The notes beneath the pieces were generated by a model. It searched no databases, had not been told where the DNA came from, and saw only the letters and a list, made by a program, of their open reading frames with translations. Below, piece after piece: positions 34,865 through 49,807 of a stretch of 64,000 bases of DNA. The DNA lies in the NCBI RefSeq assembly GCF_009914755.1, contig NC_060935.1; one strand, given 5' to 3'. A program made the position numbers and the translations under genes. This DNA is from the human T2T-CHM13v2.0 reference genome, Homo sapiens. The first letter of the stretch is position 1. Each line of letters begins with the position of its first letter.

Positions 34865-36356
34865 ATTAGCAAATAATTATAATACCATGTGAGGTATGCA
34901 CTAACGGTATTTGCTCATTCCAAATATTGATGGAGAAGAGGGGTAGTGAAATACTGGGTTAGGAAACAGCTCGGACAAAGGCATGTGGAAAGGAGAGAGA
35001 TGTCAAGATGCATTATAATGGCAGCCTCTTGAAGGTCTTAAGTTGTTCCTGGTTCATTCATTTAGCAAGTGAATTCGTTTAGCAAAAAGCACTACGGATA
35101 CAGTGAGACAAACAAAATATGGTCCCTGTCCCCAGGGAGCTCACAAGAATCTTTCCCAGGAGACAGACTGGAGGACATTTAAAGAGGAACAGGTGAATTT
35201 TGTTCCTGGCAAAGAAGTACACTATTGAATAATAATATTTATAGGATATTTACTACATGCTAGGTTAATCCTCACATCAATCTCATGGGTAATAAGGGAA
35301 ACTGGTAGAGAAAGCTTATGAAATTTTCCAAAGCACAGAGACCAAATGTGAACCCAGGCAGCTTGGCTGCAGAGCCTGTGTGTGCAGCCATACTGCTCAC
35401 GTGGTCACTGGAGGAATAAACGAATAGTTGCACCAACAAAGCACCCATCTCCCCAGAGCATTCTCCATTCTACACCTCCTAATCCCCCAACTTCCTGCCT
35501 TGTGCCTCCTGGAACTCCTTCTGGCTGCCTGGTCACCAGGTCTTGGCCTGGGTATGGCTGAAAAGCATCTGAGCAGCAGCCTGGCATCACCCTCTCCTCT
35601 GGCTGCAGGCGTGCAGACTTGGGAATGCTTGCCAGGTCAGAGGCTGTTTTGCTTTTAGCTCACTTTGCAAGCACGTCTTCTCCCTGCAGACCTGGGGCTC
35701 AATGTCTGAGGTGTGGAGTTCCTGCCAGTAATGGAGGGGGACTCTCAACACACAGCCCCCACACTTAACTCAATGCCCAGGATAGGTGGGCCAGCCAGAG
35801 CAGTGCACATGTCTAGATTTTGAGAGACAAACAGCAGATGAAGCTAATTGAGTCGTATCTGCCTAGACTCCTTCTCCTAGCCACTATAAGGAGCTGCAGA
35901 CTGACCTTCCTTCCTGGAGTCTGTCTGTCTTTTCTTTTTCTCTCTCCCCAGTCCATCATCCTTTGTCATAAGCATGATCCTTCTGCAGCATTTGGGCTAA
36001 AACTTACTTCCTAGAGGTAAGCACTGTATCCATAGTGCTTTTGCTAAATGAATTCATTTGCGAAATGAGTGAACCAAAAACAACTTAAGATCTTCAAGAG
36101 GCTGCCATTAGAATGCATCTTGACATCTCTCATTTCCCCATGCATTTGCCCAAGCTGTTTCCTAACCCAGTACCTACCTCTCTTCTTGATCAATACTTGG
36201 AATGAGTGAATATTAATGCACACCTCACACTGTGTTATGATTATTTGCTAATACCTCCCTTCCTACAGTCTGTCTGTCTTTTTCTCTGTTTCCCCAATCC
36301 ATCATCCTTTATCACAAGCATGGTTCTTTTGCAACCTTTGGGTTAAATCTTACTTC
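34865..36356. repeat. Inverted duplication (arms 34865-35105 and 36022-36252); right arm flanked by a ~105-bp direct repeat (35904-36010, 36253-36356)
   Basis: Manual reverse-complement alignment, roughly 80% identity by eye. Confidence 0.9.
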
Positions 36357-36676
36357 TCAGACCTACTACATGGGATCTAAGCCAAGTTCACTTCTTCAGT
36401 CCCATCTTTCATAATGCACCCCATGCATCCAGTGTTCCAGGTGCACAGAACTATGTTCTTTAATATCAGCAAGGCTTTGCCCACACCATCACCCCTGCCT
36501 GGACCACCTCCCTTTCCCATCCCTGCCTTTTCTACTTGATGAAACCACACTCATCCTTCAAGGCTCAAATACCACATCCGCAGTGAGCCTCCTCTCCTTG
36601 ACTGCAGAGTCAATTGTGGTTCCTCTGAGCTCTTCTAAGGCCCAGGTCTTCTCTCCCCTCTCTTAAAAGCGGGGCC

Positions 36677-37274
<598 letters not shown>

Positions 37275-37659
37275 CTAGGCTACCTGTAAAGGAGAGTAAG
37301 TGTTGATAAGGACAGAGCTGTGAGGACCCACGTGGCAGTTCTGGGAGGAGGCAGGTGTGTGTGAGTCATGGCCACAGCGGCTGCTGGCCTTTGGACTGTC
37401 AGGCTAGCTATGCCTTCTTCATGAGGCTCTTGTGCCCCTTCTCTTTGAGCACATGGTGGCAAACCAATGCACTTGAGCACCTAGGTGCAAATCCCACTTC
37501 TGCCATTTAACAGCTGGGTGGCCTTGGACAACTTGCTTCACCTCAGTTTCCTAATCTGATAAATGAGGATATAATAATATCTACTGCACAGAGTTCGGTG
37601 CAGACTGACTGAGATGATGAGGTGCCTGCACAGTGCCTGGCCTATAATAAGTGCTTAGG

Positions 37660-37945
37660 CAGGAACAGAAAACCAACCACCACATGTGCTCACTATAAGT
37701 GGGAGTTGAACAATGAGAACACGTGGACACAGGGAGGGGAACATCACATACCGAGCCTGTCGGGGGGTGGGAGGCAAGAGGAGGGAGAGCATTAGGACAA
37801 ATACCTAATACATGTGGGGCTTAAAAAGATGACAGGTTGATAGGTGCAGCAAAGCACCATGGCACATGTATAGCTATGTAACAAACCTGCACACTCTGCA
37901 CATGTATCTCAGAACCTAAAATAAAATAAAAAATAATAAAAAAAA
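37660..37945 (+). mobile_element. 5'-truncated L1PA 3' end inserted in a MIR
   Basis: ctcactataagtgggagttgaacaatgagaacac...aaacctgcac...aataaa tail; TSD aagtgcttagg. Confidence 0.9.
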
Positions 37946-39291
37946 GAAGTGCTTAGGGTCCTCTGCCTTGGAGAGGCTCCTTGTGTTCCCTGGGCTGGGG
38001 CAGAGGTTTCCTAAGAGAGAGGGGCAGCAGTCAGACCCGGAGGGTTGGCACAGCTTGGAGAAGAGGTGGGGACTGAGGCAGGGCAGAGCAGACCCCTGCC
38101 AATCATGCCTGCTTCATCTACATAGGACAAGGAGAGCTCCTGAGGCAGGCACGATGCCACATGAGGGCATGAGGGTGGGGGAGGAGAAGAAAGCAGGGCA
38201 AAGGGACCAGGTTCAGAGTGGGTTTTGACATCCATGCTGAGCAGGTCAAGGCAGGGGCAGCTCCAGTGTCTGAGCCCTGCAATCCTTCTGGAAAAGCCCT
38301 GCCTTGGAGGAGAGCCCAGATCCAGCCTGACCACTACATGGGGCTTGGACAATAACCCTTAGGACTAGGCCCTGGGGGCCCCAGCAGTGACCAGGTTTGA
38401 GGGAAAGAACATGGGCAGAGTCTCTGCTCCACACACTGACTAGTAAGTCACCCAACTTCTCTGAGCCTGAGTTTCTGCTTCTGTGAAATGGGGTAACAAC
38501 ACTCCCCTCCTAAACTTAGTAGGAGGCTTGATGAGATCATGTTGACAATGCACTTAGCAAAGGGCATGGCCCATAGGAGGTACCCAATAAATATTGGTTA
38601 CTTTCTTCAGCTCACAGTGCACTGGGGACTCTTGTCTTCTTGCTGCAGGCATGCAGTTGGACAGCAGAAAAGGGCTCCTCCCTCCAAAGGCTGGAGAGGC
38701 AGTCGGAATAAGGCAATATGATCTCAAACCGAATACCTGGGCCTTCCCAGTCAGGCTATGTTGAAAAATCTCCCAAATAAAATGGCGAATGGAGGCAAAG
38801 ACCCCTCTGCCCCCAAAGACATCACAGTCCCTGATGGGAGGTGATGGGAAACCCAAGGGGCTCATCTGCTAGCCCACGACCCCACTGAGGAGGGAAATTT
38901 GCCATCTTTTGGATACACCATTCAGGGACATCTTGGAAATGCAGGAAACGGGGGTGCATGTTGATATTCAGACATTGGGCCCAAAGTCTTTCTCCCTGCT
39001 CAGTTCTGTACTCAAGCTTATGAAAAACCTGACACCTTCAATAATTTTCCCCTAGAAATGATTGGTAGGGAAAGCTTGCCCTTCTGCTGATTGGCTGCAA
39101 CTTTTATTCCTAAATGAATACTCCAAAGCCCAGAGATCCCTTTTTCCCTTGGCTACCAGAGGGCACAGAGCCAGGTTTTATGTTGATGGCTGTAGTTGTC
39201 CTCTGCCCAGGTTGCTGAACATCTTTTTACCCTCTTCATTTCTCAGTTCCTATTTTCTTACCTTTTTAAAGGGTTTTATTTTACATGCATC

Positions 39292-40015
39292 TTTTTTTAT
39301 TATACTTCAAGTTCTGGGATATACGTGCAGAACGTGCAGGTTTGTTACATAGGTATACACATGCCATGGTGGTTTGCTGCACCCATCAACCCTTCATCTA
39401 CATTAAGTATTTCTCCTAATGCTATCCCTCCCCTTGCCCCCCACCCCCAGACAGGCCCCAGTGTGTGATGTTCCCCTCCCTGTGTCCATGTGTTCTCATT
39501 GTTCAACTCCCACTTATGAGTGAGAACATGTGGTATTTGCTTTTCTGTTCCTGTGTGAGTTTGCTGAGAATGATAGTTTCCAGCTTCATCCATGTCCCTG
39601 CAAAGGACACGAACTCAACCTTTTTTATGTCTGCATAGTATTCCATGGTGTATATGTGCCACATTTTCTTTATCCAGTCTATCATTGATGGGCATTTGGG
39701 TTGTTTCCAAGTCTTTGCTATTGTGAATAGTGCTGCAATAAACATACGTCTGCATGTGTCTTTATAGTAGAATGATTTATAATCCTTTGGGTATATACCC
39801 AGTAATGGAATTGCTGGGTCAAATGGTATTTCTGGTTCTAGATCCTTGAGGAATCACCGCACTGTCTTCCACAATGGTTGAACTAATTTACACTCCCACC
39901 AACAGTGTAAAAGCGTTCCTATTTCTCCACATCCTCTCCAGCATTTGTTGTTTCCTGACTTTTTAACGATCACCATTCTAACGGGTGTGAGATGGTATCT
40001 CATTGTGGTTTTGAT
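39292..40015 (-). mobile_element. 5'-truncated L1PA (ORF2 C-terminus plus 3' UTR)
   Basis: Translates MFIAALFTIAKTWKQPKCPSMIDWIKKMWHIYTMEYY (L1 ORF2 end); TSD ttttacatg.atcttt. Confidence 0.95.
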
Positions 40016-40647
40016 TTTTACATGAATCTTTCATCAACTAGTTTCAAGTGCTTCTTGGAAGTAGGTGGGTATAAATAACAGATTCGTGATTGACTGAGCC
40101 TGGGGTTCTGGCTCTTTAATTAAGACAGTGATCTTTGCCCAGAAACCAACATTTATTGGTTACATCTGGATCTTCAGAACACCCACTTATGGTGTGTAGG
40201 TCAGTGCAGCTCAGGACCAAGCTGGAAACCAATGTTGGTGTTGCAATTTCCCACACTGGGAAATTACTGCCGTGCATCTGAGTAACCATGGGATTCAGAG
40301 TCTGACAGAACTGAGTTTCAATTCCAGCTCTGCCACTTATTAGCTGTGTGAATTAGGACAAATAGTTTAACCTTCCTCTATAAATGAGAATTGAGAACAG
40401 TATGGACCTTGTTAGTTATCATAAAAATTAAATGAAATAATGCATGCAAAGGACTTAGCAAAGAACCTGCGCATAGTAAGAGGTGAATACGTACTAGTGA
40501 TGATGATGAGAATATCCATTAGCAGCATTTATTGAGTCCTCACTGAACACAGAGTGGGCCCTCCAATAAATGTGTGTGCATCCTCAACTGAGGAGGATGG
40601 TTAAAAGGAGATTTCCCCTCCACTGGGCCCTGAGGATACATGTATTA

Positions 40648-40809
<162 letters not shown>

Positions 40810-41466
40810 TTACCCAGAAAGACAGACAGACAGATGCACCCAACCCTGGGGCCCCTGTTTTCTTTCTTCCTACCTAGAATCCCCAGCAAGTCCTCTCCCT
40901 CTTTAATCCTTTCCTTCTGGAAATCAACATCCTCCTCTGGCTCCCCAGGTCCTTCCCCCTCTCTGATTTCCTGCCCCGCCACCCTTCCTAAGCACTCGCT
41001 TCTCCTTTCCCATGCTCCTAGTATGAGCCCAGGCTCCTTGTGGTCCCAAGAAACGCCATCCTGGGTCCCACCTCCAACCCACCTCCATACTTTGCTCATG
41101 GCTGCCTCTGCCAGAAAATCCTCCTGCCTCATGGCCTCAGGGCCTTTGTCCATTCTCAGAAACCCCATCACTTCCACTTGCGTTCCTTGGCTACCCACTT
41201 CTGATCTTTTTGTGCATTACCTATACTGTCTGCAATGGATGGTTTGACATTAAGGCTGGCAATTTTACCCTGTCCTTAGTGCTTCACTCCCACCCAGCAC
41301 ACGGAAGCCTCTAGAATGTAGCCTTCCCCTTCTATAATATACCCAGGGCATACACCAAGAATGAGCAGAGAGTAGGTGCTCAATAAATGCAGCTTTGTCT
41401 TTTTATCTCTATGTTATTCAGTGGGACATGGGGAGGGGCATGCTGGAGGGGTGGACTGGGCCATAC

Positions 41467-41542
41467 CTCGGGGGATACGAATGGTGATGTTGGACAGTGT
41501 GGGGATTCCATCTGGGGTCCACGTGAAGTAGCCTCCCATGAT
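41467..41542 (-). CDS. ABCC8: SUR1 exon 15 (AAG acceptor)
   Basis: [25 protein letters not shown]; GTATG donor. Confidence 0.93.
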
Positions 41543-41888
41543 CTTCATTAGGCGTGTCCCACCGCCCAGGAGAGAACAGAAAGGCAGCCAGTTCCCAGTG
41601 AATAGTCTCTGGCTTCCCCTCCTCCATGAAAGCCAAAAGACACTGATTCCAGCCCCTGGATCACTTCCAGAGCAGGGGAGTGGGAGACTGGCCTTCTCAT
41701 GCTGACCCTTGCCTAAGGCTGGGGGTCCCCCCACTTGGTGGTCCCTGGTTTCTGGACTCCTATGGACCGTACAGGCAGGCAGGGTGACCTCTGCAGAGGA
41801 CTAAGCATGCAGCTTTCTGGCTTTCCAGGTGCTGAGCTCCCTCTGGGAGTTGGTGCTGGGTGGCCAGGCATGGGGCAGCAGGACTCAC

Positions 41889-42005
41889 CTGGACACAGCA
41901 GTTGTCAGCATCGCCATCTGCACTGGGGACCAGGCTCTGCAGTGGGCCGGTGAGGCCCCGACAATCCTCCCGGGCTGGACGCTTGCGGTTCACAACCCTG
42001 AGGGG
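41889..42005 (-). CDS. ABCC8: SUR1 exon 14 (RKR ER-retention motif)
   Basis: CAG/GTGAG; [39 protein letters not shown]. Confidence 0.95.
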
Positions 42006-42122
42006 CTGGGGGTGGTTTGGAGGTGAGGACCCACTGGGCTGGGAGCTGTGTAGGGAAGGGAGCCCCTCTTCCTGGGAAAAAAGGCAGAAGTCCGACACAG
42101 CAGGCCCAAGTTTTGGGCCTTA

Positions 42123-42296
<174 letters not shown>

Positions 42297-44412
42297 TCAC
42301 CCCTGCCAGGGGCAGAGGGGAGGGGAGAGGGCGCAGCCTGATAGAGAGCTCTGAGCAGGATCTCAGGCCTGAAGTATAGTCCCACAAAGCCCACACTGAA
42401 GGGGGCAGACCAGTGGGCATGGGGGCAGGTAATTGGTGTTACCAGGGTTTGCTAGGGTTGACCAGTCAGCTGGAATAGGCTGGGGTCTGGATTGGAGGTG
42501 AGATTGGTTAGTTTTAGGGTTAATGTTGAAGTTAGTTAGTCTGGGTTATTAGACTGAAGGATGGTTGGTGTTGGATTGGTCAGGGTTAAGGTTAGTTAGG
42601 ACTAGGATTGGTAAAGAATCAATAGCTAGTATTTTGTGAGCATACACTAAATGCCAGACACTGTGTTAACTGTTTTGTAGCATTATGTAATCGGATCCCC
42701 ATAACAGCCTGCTGGAGGAGGTGTCATTACTCACGGGGGAGGCGGCTATTCCTACCCTCTCCCCTGTCCAGATTTCCCTGTGGACCTGAGGAAGCACTGG
42801 AAGCTTCACTCTTCTAGTTCATTCTCTCCCATCCTGGAGGTGTGAAAGCTTTCTGGGAAGCTCAGGATTGTTTGTATTCCCCTTTCTTCTCTTTTGCTAA
42901 ATGTCCAACAGGCCTGGGGCAGACAAGCCATCCCACCCTCAAGGCAAGGTTATTCTGGGGTGTAAGTGAGCTGTGGCCTGGAGTCTCCCTTTCTGTGCGC
43001 CACCCCTAGATGGGAGGGGCAGACCACCAGGCTCTGCCTTCATCCCCTGTCCAGCCTCCCTCCCCCACAGGCGGTGACTGGGAAGAGTGGAGCTGGCCCT
43101 CATCTCTTGGGGTGAAGCTTCAGGTAGTGTCCTGCGCCCACCTTCAGCCAGAGCCTGAGCTGCCTCACTGAAAAGGCCTCTGCTACTCTGGTGTTCCATT
43201 CCTGGAAACAGTGGGATCCAGAGTGTTTGAAAATATGAACGCTTTGGGATCAGTGCAACAGTTTTCAGGCAGGTGCAGCGTTCTTAAATCTGTGGTTTCT
43301 ACACAGAATCATAGGGCTGGAGAGTGGGTGGTGGGAGGAGGGGTGATCTTCAGACCCCACAACACCCTGGTCAAGAAACTGAGTCAGCACAGCCGACTGT
43401 GGAAATGGGAGCTAATCCCTGTTTAACCAGCTACTGCCTGGTCAGATACTCCTTAGAGCATAATTTTGCTGAGTTATGCACCATTCCATCTTTGAACCCA
43501 TGCTAGAGTCTCCCCCTGCAAGCTACCCTCTCTATCAGCTACTTCATTCCAACAGCTACTCCTTCCTTCCAGCTTCCCAGTACCTGCCAGGGTCCCATGA
43601 GACAGGGGTGTCACCTTCCTCAAGGCTGAAGACACAGAGGACATTTGTTACTGACTGGTTCTCTGGCCATGGGTAAGGACAAGCCAGCCCTCCATAGAGG
43701 CATGACAGGCTCTTGCTTTCAAGGAGGCAGAGCTACTTCAGAGGCCCAAGGACATCTTCTCACTCCAGACAGGGCATTTCCCAGCCAAAGCCTCAGCCTT
43801 CTACCTTCAGGCTTTCATTCCCAAGAGGGCAATGCCTCTGGGACAGTGGCAGAGTCCCCATGAGGCTCTAGAGCCTGGAAGTGGGAGCCTCCAAGAGCTG
43901 TGGGCCAATCAGAGCAGGACCCAGCGCTTGGGGGAAGCTGTTTCACTGGCTGAGGCTGTGAGGGCTCAGGGGCTGTGGAAAGGGTAGGGGATACTTGGCC
44001 TGGGAAAGATAGACACAGTGGATGCCTTCTGATATCCATGGGGCAGCCACGTGGGGACGGGATGGCCTCATTCTTGGTGGCTCTGGAGGGTGAAGTTAGG
44101 ACCAGTGGGTAGAATTTAGGAGGATTCCACATTTGGCTCAACACTGGTTTTTTTTTTTTTTTAAGTTGTCGTGAAAGTGACAGTGAGTCCCCTCTCCTGG
44201 GAGGTATGTAAGCAAGTCCTTGCTCAGGGATGGCGAGCTGGGAAACCATACAGGCCAATGTCCCTCTGACCAACCAGGACCAGCTACAGCAAGGCCCAGC
44301 AATGGGGGTGTGTTCCGGGACCAAACAGCTGTGGTTTGGCCATCACTCGAGCAAGCCTTGAGGCTGACACAGGACCTGCCTGCCCAGTGCCCTCGCCCGG
44401 ACCCTCCCCTCA

Positions 44413-44655
<243 letters not shown>

Positions 44656-45803
44656 TCAGGGAGCAGGCTCCTAAGAGGATCTTTTAGTTGGAGACACCTT
44701 CATCATCCCCACAGTCATCTCATGGAAACGTCCCCAACAAGTTCAGGACTTCAAGCTGGAGAGCAGGGGCTGCTCCCTCCCTGTCCTGGCCAAGACTCCC
44801 TGTCCTGCCCAGTCTTGGCTGGGAATAAGCAGGGAGGAGATCTCGGGTTAGGTCAGCACGGCCCCCTCTGCAGACAGCAGGCGGGGTGCTCATCTCCCCA
44901 GTCCTCATCGGGATAACGTAAACAGAGTGATTACGAAACTGCACAGTGCTTTGCCCCAGCCACCTGGCTGGCTCAGTGGCCTCTGTTACCCACAGTTCCC
45001 CCAGGAGCCAGGCCAGGAACCAGCTCAATACATCACATTGGAAGTGAATTCCCAAGTGTATCCGACAGGCTGTGAACTCTACACAGCTCAGGGACACTGG
45101 CCCCGGGGGAAATAAGCAGATCTTTTTAAGGAACTGCAGCCATCACAGAAGATGGGGATGGGAGGCTGGGTGAGGGGGCTGCAGGCTCGTAGGGGCCCAG
45201 GCCTTTCTGTAGGAGCATGCTGCTTGACCCCCATGGCTCAGCTCACACACAGCTTTTATCAAAATTGCTTTAGAAAGCCACCATCATAATATTCAGTGGC
45301 ATGGAGAATTGTGTGTGGCATATTCCTAAATTTAAAAGAGCAGGTTGCAAAACTGCATGCATAGCACATTCCTATTTTTGTAGAAAATGACATATCATAG
45401 GCCTTAAAAAAAGACTGGAAAGAAACACATTAAAAATGTTACCAGTGGGATTATGGGTGATTTTAATTCTCTTTGAGCTTTCTGTTCTGGATTTCTCATC
45501 ACTTCTACAATACACATGTTTCACTTTAAAAATTAAAAATTTGGATAGCTATTTTTTAAAAGAAAGTTTAATTTCTCTAAATACTAAGCCTCCGGTCTTC
45601 CAGGCCTGGAGGCAGAGGCCCCTGTTCGGCTGGAGTTGGGGAGGGGCCACACCCTCTATAAACTTTCGATCCTATTTTCAGTCTGGCTGTGGAGCCTGTC
45701 TTCTGAGGCCCCTGTGCAGAAAGGCCAAATCTGGGCAGCCTGTCACTGCAGACGCCCTCCCCCTCCACCCTACCCCCAAGAGATGGAGAAAGGATCCACT
45801 TAC

Positions 45804-45844
45804 TATGAGGACAGCTGCAATGGGGATGGCCGTGTTCATGAAAA
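45804..45844 (-). CDS. ABCC8: SUR1 exon 11 (41 bp)
   Basis: CAG/GTAAG; FMNTAIPIAAVLI. Confidence 0.93.
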
Positions 45845-47112
45845 CTGCAGAGGAAGCACAGGGAGGCGTTTAGTGGGAGGAGCGTGACAGCTACACATGG
45901 AGATGCCCAGGATGGCTTGGAGGCAGCGCAGTCCAGTGGGGCCAGCCTGTGGGGCACAGCTCCAGTAGGCTAGGGGCAGAACTCTAGCCCTGTGGCACTT
46001 CCAGTTCCTCACCCCATTTCCCTCAGGACTCTTGTCCCAGGTACCCCGGCCCCCGACTCTGGGGCTTAAACTGTTAAGTCACTCCGTGTGGACAGGGTGA
46101 AGTTAGCCCCACGGGAAAGTGGTGGGAGAAGGATGGGAGAGTTGGCTGGCTGTGGCCAACTGTGAGGTCAGGAGCACGTGTTTCTGGGGGCACAAAGCTG
46201 CCACTTCTTCCTCTGCCTTTGGCTCCTGTGTCCCCCCAAGCCAGGCTCTCTATGAAGCTTAGAGACTTCCTAGTCTCCCATGGCTCTTGAGAAAATTTCA
46301 AACTCATTCTCACTGAGGTATTAGTAACTAAGGACAGCTTAAAGCAGGATGTCCCTTAGAGTCTGTGTGCGGGTGGGGTAGCTGGTTTGCTGCAACAGAG
46401 GCCTCCTCCTTATTCTGTTAAACATGTGGCCTTTAGATCAGTCACAGGGACTCCAGGAAGAAAAGACAGTGGGACTTGGTGTGACAGAAGGGCAGAATCC
46501 CTGCTACTTATAAGCTGTGTAACCTAGGGCATGTCATTTACCTTCCCCGTGCCTCAGTTTCCTCATATGATTTTTGTAAACTTATAAATACTTGTTCATA
46601 CACCCCAGCTCTTTCCAAGGTCAGAGGAGATAACATGGGTAACAGGCTCTGTGAGCCCCAGGTGCTGCCTACACATCATACCTCATGGGCTACTAGCTTA
46701 GCCCTGCTCCACAGGTCACCCCTCCTCTGGCCTAGGGTGTAAAATGCTCAACAGTGCCCTGACCCCAGGCCTAAATTTCCAGAGAGAGCAGCCCCCCCAT
46801 GGCATAAGAGGTAACCATGTCAGCTGCCACCTTCCCATCTATCCTCTTTCATTCAAGGATCCCCTTCCAGGGCAGCCCAGAAAGGAGTCTGGTTCTGCCA
46901 TTAGCCAAATTAAAGCAGAGGGACCAGGAGTCAGGAGCCAGAAGCCAGAGGCCAGGGCTCTGCCTGTGCACATGGCCCCTGTCTAATGAATGGCAAAGTC
47001 TTGGACACTCTGATGAAGTCCAGATGGTCAATACCAGTCCAAGAAGTTGACTGCCCATTTACTCCAAGAATCCTGCAGCAGTCAGTACATACAAAGCATT
47101 GTACATCAGAGA

Positions 47113-47365
47113 TGTGGTCCCCAACTTCAGGGAATCCCAAGTGGGTGGAAGGACATGGCCTCTGCCCTTAGGGGATTCCCAGTCTGAGGACGGAGACAGG
47201 AGCTATGCTCCCAGGAAGTTCCAGATACAATGGGGAGACAGAGTACATGCCCCTTAGGAGTTCTCAAGCAGGTGGGAAGGACATTGTCCCCATCCTCGGG
47301 GAATTCCTAATCTGATGGGGAAGGCAAGGCTCCTGCAATTGGAGAGGTCCCAGTCTCCTGGAGGA
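47113..47365 (+). repeat. Degenerate ~42-bp tandem array (~6 units), probably L2-derived
   Basis: Cores at 47129, 47171, 47213, 47256, 47298 and 47341 (spacing 42, 42, 43, 42, 43). Confidence 0.7.
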
Positions 47366-48582
47366 TGTATGGCTGGAGCCCTCGTATGGCTGGGGCCCTG
47401 GCAGATGGCGAATTTCTCTGCCCATGAGGCTTTTAATCAATACCAACATCATACATGCCTGTGCTTTAACTGCCCTTCCTCATGAAGGCTAGATGGTTTC
47501 CAGGGCCCACTACCATGCCACAGCCCTCCTGCACCGTTTCCGGCAGGAAACAGCGTAAGTATTATTGGTGTTCCCACAGCAAAAGGGACCCAGATCTAGG
47601 ACATACGACATAGTGCAGCCATTACTGGCTGAGGAGGAGAGGGAGGAGGATGCCCATCAGACCTAGGACCTTGACCATCACCAACTACATAGTTCTAAAT
47701 GTGAGGTAGCCTCGCCCCTCCCCTATGGGGTCAGTCACTCCAAGGAGCAACTGGGAGGGCAGGGGCCTCTATTCTGCTCCTCCTGGCCCATCCCCATAAA
47801 TAACCAATAAGGAGGGGTCCTGTGCACCCATCCCTCAGCCCCTGCTCCAGGCCAAGACCCCTCCTTCACATTCTGGGGCTTGACTCCCAGCCAAAAAATA
47901 GGCTGAGTGTTGGATTATAAATTGCTACAACGCTCTTGGAAAGCAATCTGGTGCTTTGTAGCTAGAGCCACACAGAAGTTCAGACCTTCTGATCCTATAA
48001 TCCGTCTCCAGGAAATTTATCCTGAGTAATCATTCAAGAGCAGCGCAAAGCCATCAGCAAGATGGTATTAGCTGCAGCTAACACAAAATTCAATAAAACA
48101 AAACCACAACCACAGCAACAGCAACAAACCATCCCAAACGAAATAAACTGGAAATGTCCAACAAGAGGGGCTGTTGTAGTAAATGATGGTGCATCAGCCG
48201 TGGGGGAGATTTTGCAGTCAGAAAACGTGATAATTGACACTTCATTCTACTGCACATTTTCCCTGGTCATGGTTTTTTTAATTTAATTTTTTTCAATTTT
48301 ATTGTCTTTATTTTTGTAGCTCCCTGAACTCCTTTGAGGAATGAGACAAGCTATAAATAAATTTAAAAATGAACATCCCAAAGCTGATGCAGCAACATGG
48401 AGTATGCTTCTGATATAATTAGCTTCTGCCCAGTTCTGGCTGTTGTATGGAGACGCTAAAGAATGAAAATGTGATTTTCCACTTCTTTCACCCTCCCCTT
48501 GAAGGACAGCCTTTGTGCAGGGAGTTCTGGGTCCCCTTCAGGGCTGGGGCTGGGAGAGTAGAATCATCAGCTGCGTGTGTTC

Positions 48583-48584
<2 letters not shown>

Positions 48585-48616
<32 letters not shown>
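48585..48616 (+). repeat. (TG)n microsatellite at the pseudogene tail
   Basis: ~16 TG units. Confidence 0.9.

Positions 48617-49807
<1,191 letters not shown>

Noticed and set aside
39345-39745. ORFs with L1 ORF2-like peptide
   Set aside because: Fragment of a 5'-truncated L1; not a functional gene
41535-41890. Possible U12-type intron 14 (CCTAAT close to the acceptor)
   Set aside because: The donor is GTGAGT (U2 type), not RTATCCTT
47113-47365. CRISPR-like repeat-spacer reading of the periodic array
   Set aside because: Eukaryotic intron, degenerate units with no identical repeats or unique spacers, and no cas genes
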